Source of the DNA: Nemertoderma westbladi
Lineage: Eukaryota > Animalia > Xenacoelomorpha
NCBI GenBank assembly: GCA_032718475.1
Contig: JAUCBJ010002521.1
Coordinates: 1-42,499, forward strand
Direction of reading: 5' to 3'
Length of the DNA: 42,499 nt
Within the stretch, counting starts at the first letter, position 1; each line of letters starts with the position of its first letter. Both the position numbers and the translations under genes were made by a program. Under the pieces are notes generated by a model. That model was not told where the DNA came from and did no database searches. It saw nothing but the letters and a program-made list of their open reading frames with translations. Positions 13,022 to 23,240 of this stretch are shown in pieces.

Positions 13022-13424
13022 GTGGAAACTGAAGTTGTTGCAGATAATTAAGACATTGTGTTCCTACTTTTAGAGCTTATAGCGTTAACTAATGACAAGC
13101 ACCCAGAGAGGTTCTCAATACACATTAATAAAATTTCCTTGAAATTGTAATCAAGTGGTCCCAACATTTGTATTCCCCAACCTGCTCAATACAGATTCCT
13201 AATTTTTTTAGTATGTTAGACTTGATTTTGGTAAGAAAAATATCAGCCATATTCAAATTATATTTTCTCATTTTTCTTTCGCTTTTCTCAAAATACCAAA
13301 TGTATGCCATAGCTGACAACCATTATTATATTATTTGAACGAAAATGAAACCAACTTGTGAACCTGACACTCGTTTAATGTTTTGATTATAGTTGCGTGC
13401 TATTTATTTATACATTATGTAAAA

Positions 13425-13580
13425 TCCATAACAAATACACCAAACAATATATAGAGGTATTGTACAACATAACATATAGGATTACCCCTAAAGCGCATCT
13501 TATTTAAGGGGGTCATTTATGTTACTTGCTTACAAATGCAATATTTCACAAATGGGCTACGCTAACCTAAAACACATATT
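13425..13580 (-). promoter_or_regulatory. Inverted homologue of the proximal upstream region of receptor C
   Basis: The reverse complement aligns to about 36400-36510, including an identical 18-mer TTAGGGGTAATCCTATAT and the blocks GTTTTAGGTTAG and ACAATACC. Confidence 0.6.
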
Positions 13581-14419
13581 GAAATGGATTTCGTTATTGT
13601 TTAAAAGGATTTCGAAGATTAGCTTATAAGATAAGTTGGGGCGTTATTGAGTTAGTAGTTCTCTTCAAGTCTGCTCTTTGTGTAACAATTATAGGGGGAT
13701 TGCCTTCACTGGCTAAGCTTTTCGATTCTAGAATAAGATTGATTGATTGTGAAAGATTTATTTATAACTGTCCAGCGGGAAATAAGTAGATTCAAGGTTG
13801 GTTGGAGCAAATTTTATGCTTATGACTATTAATAGATTTTGTTAAATGTAAAAATAACACATTATTTGTAGTTCTCTCAAACGTCTATGATAAGGTACCT
13901 AGAGGATATTTGGTTAAGTACTAGAGTTTATAAGGTGGGTGCACTGTGCATTATTGTTAAAATTAATTCAGGCCTCATGTACCAAACATGTATTAAATAC
14001 TGCAGTTTTTGCATCTAGTATTGTGGTTAGACAAGGCTTTCCTAAAAGTAATGTTTTATTTTGTATATTTCTGTACAAGGTGGTACTTAAGATGCGCGGC
14101 GATGTTTATATTGAGGATGGCTTTTTACGTATATTTCAGATTATTAACGCTTATTGATATCATGGTATTACTTACGACAACTGGAGAAATGTATTTAAAA
14201 ATATTTAATATGTTTATAGCTCTTTGTGATCTTTCGTGGATGGTTGTGTATTAGAAAAAATATATTTTTGTGCTACAGTCAGTAGTAGCCTTAATACGAC
14301 AGTCAGAAGCCGTAACGGAACAGTTAGTAGCCATAGTGGGACAACACCAACTAGGATCTGAATCACCAGTTAGATTGCATCACCCGAATTAGTTTAACTC
14401 GAATTCGCCAGAAGAATAT

Positions 14420-14730
14420 GGTCCAAGGACATATTAAAGTTCCTTGGATCATGGATAGAGAGTAGCAGAAAAGAAATACAAGTCAAATATCGATGGATAC
14501 CATCTGGAAATTCGACCTCACTGACACCTGAAGACCAAGTTATTTCGAGCCACAGTGGAAAGTGTGGTTGGACATTGGCGAAATATGGTACAATACCATC
14601 TGTATCAGATACTCTACATGAACATAGACTACGATTCAGTGAGCACTCACTGATGGAGAAGTAATGACGAGGTCATTCCAGATCTACTTTTCTGGCAACC
14701 GGCAAAAGGAAGGCATGGGGGAAATAAAAA
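14420..14730 (+). mobile_element. Old RTE-like LINE 3' fragment (different subfamily)
   Basis: Translates in pieces as FLGSWIESSRKEIQV, LFRATVESV, HRLRFS and DLLFWQPAKGRHGG, paralleling the RTE C-terminus at 12.4-12.9 kb. Confidence 0.7.
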
Positions 14731-15339
14731 CATCAAGGGTAAGGAGTGGAATCCAGCTGGAGAGCAAGGCAATGTTTTCATACTTATAAAGTGGATCCAG
14801 TGACATGGACCGCTAAATGCAACTTTGTGCATCATTAGGTTAACCAGCGAGAAAAACTAATTCCGTGTACTGACATAATCTAATCAACGCACTGTTCATG
14901 TGTGTTTGGATACACTATTACTGCGATCCAAAAACTATATTTTTTTAGGATTTAGTTCAAAAATGGTTCAAATTTAACCGCAGACTCAATTAAGTGACAT
15001 TTCCATTTCTGAACAAAATTCTATTAAAATTATATTTATTACAGTAAAATTAACAGCTCAACCCCAATGCATTGCATTCTAAATTCCCAACTGCATTCCC
15101 AACTTCACTTCAGTAATAGTAACAGTATCTTTCCATAACTAAGAATTTATGATCGCCATACTCGATTCTCTACTTAACTGATTCATGTGTAGTTCTAGGA
15201 GTTGTAATAATCCTGAACCAAGCAGAATTTCTGCATAGTATTTCCGGGTTACTTCCGGGTTCAAATAAAATAACACATTAATGTACCATTGCACATGCAC
15301 AATAGGCAAACATTCTAATATTTTAAGAGATACAACACA

Positions 15340-15490
15340 CCATTGTATCAAAGGTTCTATCTAATTTAAAAAATATAAACAATATTGTTTAAACAAGATT
15401 AGTTAACTAATCCAATGCAATTCAATAAAATTGTAAAACGTATTAATCATCAGTGCAATGTACACTTGTATGTATATCGCATATAATAAA
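15340..15490 (+). promoter_or_regulatory. Proximal promoter or leader of receptor A, conserved with receptor B
   Basis: Shares TTGTATCAAAGGTT, AACTAATCCAATG (CCAAT) and an identical 30-mer (15441-15470) with 27560-27710 at a similar distance from the ATG. Confidence 0.65.
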
Positions 15491-15554
15491 AAAGAAAATC
15501 ATAAGGCCTACATTCAAACAGATAATAATTAAGCCACACCTTCTATGAAACATA

Positions 15555-17825
15555 ATGGTAAAATTATATTGTTTAATTTGCGTTTTTTTAATCGCCATTA
15601 GTGGTGTAAACTCTTATGGCAATGATTTATTTGGAGTTAACGATGAGGGAGTGTCACTGATCAAGAGGGCTCAATCGGGCCCTCGAAATAACAAGGTCAT
15701 TGCTGAGATTTCGCAACATTACATAGCAGTAAAGCTTGTTGGAGAAAATATATGTCAGGAGATGGTGCCAACACAGGTCTGGGAGACAGTAACATTCAAG
15801 GCAAGTCGGACAGAATGGTATCGTCCATCTTGTAGCGGTTGGTGCACATTTTGGGGTTGCTGCGATGGCCCTAGGCAGAGGGTTGTTTACTATTTAGATT
15901 CTAGAGAGGAATCACATCTTGAAAATATCTTGACAGATGTGTGTTGCGAAGGATGGGAAATGCTTGATAACCAATGTACGATTCCTGTTTGTGAGGGTGA
16001 CAATGCATGTGCCAGTGGAATCTGCGTGAATCCAAATGAATGCGACTGCAATGCGGGATTCTTAGGTGATACTTGCAATGATAAATGTGCCCCTGGTTAC
16101 TATGGTGATGAGTGTCTACAGAAATGCGATTGTGATAATTATGCACCATGCGATAATGTGAATGGAGATTGTCAATGTTTACCGGGTTTCCAAGGAGAAC
16201 GTTGTGAAGATAAGTGCCCTAATTGGTGGTTTGGATCCCACTGCCTAGAGGAGTGTGACTGTGTTCGGAACAATACAAATATATGCACTGTAACATATGG
16301 TATATGTGTCTGCATACCTGAATTTACTGGTTCCATATGTGATGAGCCATGTGAATCGGGTAATTGTACCATCACATGCCAGTGTATAGATGCTGCCACT
16401 GAGAGTTGTAACAAAACAACTGGTGAATGCTACTGCAAACCTGGTTTCACAGGTATTCATTGCGGAGAGATATGTCCACCCGGAAGTTTTGGATATGGTT
16501 GTGGTGGACAATGCAATTGCAACAATGGTGGACAGTGTGAGCCAATCAATGGGAATTGTTCATGCACACCTGGCTGGCAAGGCAATAGTTGTTCAACACC
16601 ATGTGATTTGGGATTCTTTGGAAATAATTGCCAAGAAATTTGCACCTGCAACACCAACACTTCTCAATGCAACCATGTTACTGGAGAATGTGAATGTTTA
16701 GCAGGCTGGATGGGTGACCAATGTGATGAAGAATGCCCCCACATGTTTCATGGACCCAACTGTAAACTGGAATGCGAATGCAAAGATAATGGAAAATTTT
16801 GTGATCCTACAACGGGAATATGTGAATGTAAAGAAGGTTGGCAGGGAGTTACTTGTACGGATAACTGCCCTCAAGGTCTGTTTGGTGATAGCTGCATGTA
16901 TCAATGCCAATGTAATAATGGTGCCTACTGTTCACCTTACGATGGATCATGCAATTGTACATCAGGATGGGTTGGGGATAACTGTGATGTAAAGTGTCCG
17001 AATGGATATTTTGGTATTGAGTGTATGGAAGAATGCGACTGTCCTGAAAACATTACATGTCATCACATCACTGGAGAATGCCAATGTGGACCTGGTGTTT
17101 ATGGGAATGATTGCAATACCACCTGTGAATTTTTACTTTTTGGTGATAATTGTGCACGCAATTGTGAGTGCCACCCGAACAACACAAGGATGTGTCATCC
17201 TCACCATGGGGAATGTTCCTGCAATCCCGGATATAGAGGAGCACAATGCAAGGAGAATTGCTTACCCTTCAGTTTCGGCGAAGAATGTGCTAATCGATGT
17301 TTGTGCACCGCTGAACAAACAAAAGAATGTGACAATATCGATGGAAAATGCTCTTGTAACGATGGTTACGTTGGAAAATTATGTGAAAATCGTTGCCCAG
17401 AAGGAAAATTCGGAAATAAATGTGCCTACGATTGTGTTTGCGAAAATAATGCAGTTTGTGATAACAAGAACGGGCACTGCCAATGCATTGATGGATTTCT
17501 TGGTATAACTTGTGCCGAATTTCTCCAAGGTGCTAATACCGTTGCCATAGCTACAGGGGTAGTTATAATGCTGGTGGTATTGTTTATTGTTGTCACCATT
17601 GGAATATTGTGGTATATGAAAAGGAGAAACAAGGATGCTGCAGATACAGAGATGGTTTTGGCTAAAGGCGACACTTCGGATAAAGCTAAGGAACTGGATG
17701 ATGGTACAGACGATCAGACTACTGCTGGTTTAGAAGTTAACAATCCAGTCTATGAGTGTGGCCTAGCTTTTACCAAAAGCGAAACTGTGGCCTATAGCAA
17801 ATCCAATGATGAGGCCGACCAATAA
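15555..17825 (+). CDS. Draper/CED-1/MEGF10-like EMI-EGF type I membrane receptor, paralogue A (756 aa, single ORF)
   Basis: Signal peptide; EMI domain (GENIC...CCEGW); NIM-type repeat (CTIPVC...C..G.C..P..C.C); 11 CED-1-type EGF repeats; TM helix followed by KRR; cytoplasmic NPVY. AATAAA follows the stop. Confidence 0.92.
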   Translation: MVKLYCLICVFLIAISGVNSYGNDLFGVNDEGVSLIKRAQSGPRNNKVIAEISQHYIAVKLVGENICQEMVPTQVWETVTFKASRTEWYRPSCSGWCTFWGCCDGPRQRVVYYLDSREESHLENILTDVCCEGWEMLDNQCTIPVCEGDNACASGICVNPNECDCNAGFLGDTCNDKCAPGYYGDECLQKCDCDNYAPCDNVNGDCQCLPGFQGERCEDKCPNWWFGSHCLEECDCVRNNTNICTVTYGICVCIPEFTGSICDEPCESGNCTITCQCIDAATESCNKTTGECYCKPGFTGIHCGEICPPGSFGYGCGGQCNCNNGGQCEPINGNCSCTPGWQGNSCSTPCDLGFFGNNCQEICTCNTNTSQCNHVTGECECLAGWMGDQCDEECPHMFHGPNCKLECECKDNGKFCDPTTGICECKEGWQGVTCTDNCPQGLFGDSCMYQCQCNNGAYCSPYDGSCNCTSGWVGDNCDVKCPNGYFGIECMEECDCPENITCHHITGECQCGPGVYGNDCNTTCEFLLFGDNCARNCECHPNNTRMCHPHHGECSCNPGYRGAQCKENCLPFSFGEECANRCLCTAEQTKECDNIDGKCSCNDGYVGKLCENRCPEGKFGNKCAYDCVCENNAVCDNKNGHCQCIDGFLGITCAEFLQGANTVAIATGVVIMLVVLFIVVTIGILWYMKRRNKDAADTEMVLAKGDTSDKAKELDDGTDDQTTAGLEVNNPVYECGLAFTKSETVAYSKSNDEADQ

Positions 17826-18597
17826 TCCAGGTCCCTTGTTTGTGACTGCAATTCACAACATTAATTAACTAGATTAATAAATACTCTTTAGGGTATAGCC
17901 GCCTAATCCTTTTACATTGTACTGTGAGCAAATAAATGTTTTATCTGTTTTGGTAAACATTTTAGTTAGTAAATGTTAATGATAAACAATTTCAATAGTC
18001 CAGTACTATTATTCTACACATAACTGATCTTGTATGTAGTTACTATTAGTGAAAATTGACTTGATGTGCTACTTGAAATTTTTAAAAATTTATACATTTG
18101 GTATTCCTGAAAATGTAAAATGAATAAAAAATGAAAATATTTTCACTGAACCTGCATTTTATTAGATTTGGATTTTTAGAAAATCGTTGCCATTTATATA
18201 ATACAACACACACTATAAACATCAAGTCACTTAATTTATGTTTGATCTAGATGTTTGATCGAGATCTACACTACATGTACCATATTAACTATATTGGCTG
18301 CCGCATTAAATATAGTGAAATGTCGAGGAACTTTATGATTTTATGTAATCGGGGCTGGAAATGTTCTAGGAACAAATTTATTTACAATTAAATAGCGTGT
18401 ACTCTCGATATATATCATATTCAATCACTGAGAATTTATTGAGAATTAATATGGCAATTATTATATGAAATAAAATATTCAGTAGTAGCAGAATCTTGCA
18501 GGCCATTTGCACAATCAATCAGGTAAAAATTAATAATATTAAATAATTATTTCATATAATTATGTCATCTTTTGAGATTTAGTGCAAAATAATATTA

Positions 18598-20910
18598 TAG
18601 TAGTAGTAAGTTTATTGACAATTTTACAACAATATACACAAAACACCGAAATTAATTATTGCGCACCGAGTAAAATGTCCAATATGATAATAGTAGTGAT
18701 ACCCTAAACAATGACAAAATATGCATGGCTAGTTGTAATAATTCCACACAATATATTATAGGTCTACTCCAACTCAAAAATATATAATAATAACAGATCA
18801 ATAATACTTGCCCCTAACTTCACTATATACAAATATAACTATTAATCGAGAAGCTTAAATATCTTATTTATGTACGTAGCAATACCAATTGCATTTACTT
18901 CTTCTGCCGAATTTAGAAGTCGTGTAAGGTCAGTAAAATCCAGTCCTTTATATTGCTGCTTTGTCTGCGTTCGTAAAGTCTCTGTGAGTTTGCATTGTAG
19001 CAGTACGTGTCCTTCGTCTTGTACTGATAGCCTGTCACATACACAAACACGTCCCTCGGTGGGGGTCCTGGACCATCTTCCTTTCTCGATTTGTAGGTTA
19101 TGGGACATAAGTCGTAGACGAGTGAAACTAGTGCGGAGGTAGTCGGGGATGTAAGTCCTTGTATTATATAAAACGTGTGTGGTCAGTGACGGGTTCATTG
19201 TATCCCTGTACGTTCTAAACTTAGTTGCCGAGTCGAGTTTATTCCGTAGGTTGGTGCGGATGTTATCAAGTTTTGAGGTGGTAGTACCACGGTTAGCAGC
19301 CTCCACTAGTAGTTTGTAACCGGGTGTGTTGGCTTTCTGACAGAGCTGATAAGCTTGATGAAATGGGAGATCTGGGTCTGGTTGATCAAGAATCTTATTC
19401 AAGAATGTAGCTCGGGATTTCACTATGCGGTCAGCTAATGTCGGTAGTCCAAGTTCTATGAGACAGATGTCGTTTGGCGTCTGGCTTCGTACTCCTAATA
19501 AAATCTTTATTAAAGTGATGTAATGTTTTTGAATACCCCTAAAATCACATGTAAACCATGATTCGGCACCATAAATAAGAGAGCTGACTATACACGCTTC
19601 AAAAACTTGATATTTAAACCTGAAAGGCATTGATGGATTACTGGCACAGAAAATACTAAATTTACTTACTGCATCGCAACATCGTTTTTCGTGAATACTT
19701 AGAACAGATGACATTTTTGCATCCTCAGTGAAGGGGGACCCTAAATATATATAGCTATCGCAATGTGATACCTTGATATTTTCAAAACTAAGTGGTACTC
19801 TATCGGAAAAATTTCCATTTACTACAAAAAACTTAGTCTTCTTTTCGTTTACTTTCATTCCCGTTGTCGTACAAAAATCTAAGAGAATTTGAAACTTTTC
19901 TACACACGCGTCATGTGTGGTCGCTAGGATTACAGTATCATCCATAAACAGTATGATTTGTAAGACTCCTAAGAATCCGTCGGTAACATACGCTCTACGT
20001 AATAATTTAACTAATCGATCAATGTAAATACAAAATAAAATTCCGCTAGAGGGCGCGCCTTGCCTCACACCTATAGTACATACAATTTCAATAGCAGACT
20101 TTAACACACATTTGGTGTGAGAATAGGCAGCTCTAAGAATACGTAGCATCACACGGCCACACCCTAATGATTTTAAGTAATTAATTAGCTCGTCCCGCGG
20201 TACTCTATCATACGCCTTCGAATAATCTACAAAAATTATATATATCTTTAATTTCTTAAATTTAGCATAATCAATAATTAAATGTAGCGAAAGTATCTGC
20301 TCTAGACAGCCGCGTCCTTTTTGAGCTCCTGCTTGGCATTTATCGATATTGGCCCACAAAGTTAACCTTGCACAAACCATAAAATCGAAAATCTTTGCTA
20401 ATGTGTCCATAATACTGATTCCCCTATAATTCCCACATATAGATCGCTTTCCAGACTTAAATAGGATCATTAAGCGATTTAGACCCCAACCTATAGGATA
20501 CCAAGTATTATTGAAAACAACATTGGATAACGTAAGGAAGAATAGTAACCAATTCCCGGGTAGAGCTGCTAAGATTCCCAAACCGATCCCAATATAACTC
20601 CTAGATACATCAATTTTACTGAGCGCGGTGGCTAATTTGCATTTGGAAAAAGGGTCATCCAACACTGGGATATTGGGGCACAGCTAAGGTCATCTGTTGA
20701 AAACGTTCTCTCACCTCCTAACAACGATTCGAAGTGATCTTTAAATTGAACATCAGAGGGGGAGTCGCCCGTCCAGTCGATGGCTTTCCAAATCAGGCGA
20801 GGGTCCTTTGAGCTTAACAGCCGCTCCCATCGGGATGAGTTTCTGCCCCACGAAGTCGATATATAGTCGATATATACATTTAGGTTCTTTGCTGTGTTTA
20901 ACTCCACCCT
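18598..20910 (-). mobile_element. 5'-truncated LINE, RTE-X-like, with a long open RT ORF (18842-20665)
   Basis: NYRGISI, QAGAQKGR, FVDYSKAYD, GVRQGAP, FMDD, YLG; C-terminal RLMSHNLQIEKGRW...CVC...DEGHVLLQC zinc knuckle. The 3' UTR ends AATAAA then (CTA)n near 18600. Confidence 0.88.
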
Positions 20911-21109
20911 AATGATTAGTTGGACAAAATTCCATTAGGGCACAGAAACTGACGTTGGGAATTTTTTCTACAATTTTGATTCCTTAACCAACAGGGTCCC
21001 AAACCACACAATCGGCATATAAAACTAAACTGTGGAAGCACTCAGGCTTCTCCGAAACCACATCCAGTTTCTGTTTCCATTCCTTGCTATTATTGCAACT
21101 CTTCTTTAA

Positions 21110-21800
21110 GGCAAATTTAAATTACTCGGTTTTACAGAGACCTGGTGGAAGAATGAAGCTGGGTTCCAGATGCTACTATCCTTTTGGATAATAAGACTAG
21201 AATTCAATTGTTCCTTAAAGATAGACGCTAGATAGAGCTACTTAAACAACTGCCTCTCCGCGTTTGAGTATAATGATTTATTGTACGATCTGTTAGAAGA
21301 ACTATGCTCAGTGTGATATCCCACTACTAATGTAAAAAAAAAAGAAGCAAACAGTCGGCCGAAGCCAGAGGCGACCCCCGAAGGCTCCTCTTTCGATAGC
21401 TGCTACCCGAGGCACTACTCCTATCCCATGATTTGCTCCCAGTTATTTAACTGGTACTCATTTTATCGACCCCAGTGGATGAAAGGCCTGGATGAATGGA
21501 GTGGACCCTGGCGGGGCTGAATCTACAACCAATAGATTGCAGGCCCGGCGCTCAACCAACTGAGCTACCCCGCCTACTACACTATTGTAGGTGATTACAA
21601 TTACAGTGAATATAACTGTCAGTCAACCAATAATTTTCCCCAACAGAACGTATATGTTGGTTGATCTTAATAATTTAATCAGCTGGTGAACTTTCCTACC
21701 AGACGTAACGATATTTTGGACCTTTTACTTTCAACTGAGGAAGATTTTATTTATTCATCTTATTTCTGTAGTCTCTGAAGTACCTGAATCTACATCGTAT
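21110..21800 (+). mobile_element. Decayed CR1-like LINE endonuclease region, interrupted by a SINE
   Basis: Fragments FTETW, VGDYN and QLVNFPTRRNDILDLLLS are APE motifs. Confidence 0.6.
21335..21580 (-). mobile_element. tRNA-derived SINE with a Nin/Deu-like central domain
   Basis: Minus strand: GGCGGGGTAGCTCAGTTGG (A box), degenerate B box, then GCCTTTCATCCACTGGGGTCGATAAAATGAGTACCAG and a T-rich tail. Imperfect TSD ACTAATGTA/ACTATTGTA. Confidence 0.85.
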
Positions 21801-22082
21801 GCCCATTTATATGTCCATTTATTTTCTGTAAACTGTAACCCCGCTTTTAATGCAACTAATGTTGAATCGTCATTAAATGCTTTTAAATAAATTATTTTTA
21901 GACCAACAAGCAATCCTCGTAGATATCCTCTTCATAATCGGCGTTACGTTTACAAGCAAGAAAATTTAGACTTTGGAAAGTACAATGATGATGAATGCAA
22001 TGATGAAACAACATCAACAATGATGAAACTATTTATCGTGAACATAATATGCCTTGCTCGGAGGTTTTACGTAGTTTTCGCC

Positions 22083-23110
22083 TTAACCCTATTACCACCC
22101 AATGAAATCCTACAAAATTTGGGCTGTTGGTAAAACAACTATAGATGAACACTACCAAACCTTAAAAAGTTATAATTTCATAAGCAGGGACTCATCATTT
22201 TGATGAAAAATAAACGTAGTCCCAGGACAAATTTACAAAATTTTTCGTTTTCTAAAAACTAATTTCAAAGCATCTTTATAGGTTTTCTAGACAGCTGAAT
22301 CGATTGAAAGTAATATAGAAGCCTGAAGACTTAGAGGTTAGCCATTTTTTTAAATCAAAACTTTAGTGTTTTTTCCGAATAAAGTAATTTTGAAAATTTG
22401 AAGTGCCACGCCCTAATTTTGGTGCACCGAAAATTACGTACACCAAGGATTTGAGGCTTCTATATTACTTTCAATCGATTCAGCGCCCCAGAAAACCTAT
22501 AAAAATGATTTGAAATCAAAACTTTAGTGTATTTTCCGAATCTCGTATTTTTCAAAATTTGAAGTGCCACGCCCTAATTTTGGTGCACCAAAAATGGCGA
22601 ACCACTAAGTCTTCAGGCTTCTATATTACTTTCAATCGATTCAGCGCTCCAGAAAACCAATAAAAATGCTTCGAAATCAAAACTTTAGTAAATTTTCCGA
22701 ATAAAGTAATTTTGCAATTTTTAAGTGCCACGCCCTAATTTTGGTGCTCCAAAAATGACGTACCACTACACTTACATACTTGTATAGAGCATTAGAGTGA
22801 TCCGAACCAATAAAAATAAATAAAAATAGCCCAAACATAAATAATTACTAAATCACGAATGACTTTGTAAAATTCGAAAATTTCAAAAAATTTGGTGCTG
22901 GAGACCAAATTTTGGGGTGGCACCCACATCGAAAAGTAGAAATCCAATTGCAACGTCGTTTTTTGCAAAAGATGCGGCATTAAATTTGGCTAATTCTCAA
23001 TAAAAATTGGGCCGGTACGTAATGTGGTTGCATAGCTACAGCAACTAAAACCTAGGAAGCGGCCGATTCGCCCCCCCCCCCCCCCCCCCCCCCAGTGGTA
23101 ATAGGGTTAA
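22083..23110. mobile_element. piggyBac-type MITE (1020 bp) with internal 161-bp tandem subrepeats
   Basis: TTAA-CCCTATTACCAC ... GTGGTAATAGGG-TTAA. GTGCCACGCCCTAATTTTGGTG recurs at 22403, 22564 and 22725. Confidence 0.92.
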
Positions 23111-23240
23111 GCAAGAGTACAATATATTAACTTGCGACGATAAAAATTCCGTTTATTCCAAAATTGCAACATTACTCAACGCTGTAGTATTAATAGGGAG
23201 ATGTTATTTTACATTAACAACTTTAATTTACAACTTTTGA

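Noticed and set aside
17002-17508. 168-aa overlapping alternate-frame ORF present in all three receptors (also 29228 and 37985), and similar ~90-aa ORFs
   Set aside because: Shadow frames: Cys/Asn/Asp/Gly-rich codons rarely create stops in that frame, and the conservation follows from DNA near-identity of the paralogues.
20043-20056. CTCF-like CCGCTAGAGGGCGC
   Set aside because: It is the antisense of the conserved RT QGAPSS codons, so coding constraint explains it.
21505-21574. Possible tRNA gene on the minus strand
   Set aside because: Degenerate B box and anticodon arm, and it continues into a SINE body with a TSD.
22380-22770. Regularly spaced repeats resembling a CRISPR array
   Set aside because: The intervening sequences are themselves repeated, the context is eukaryotic, there are no cas genes, and the array lies inside a TTAA MITE.
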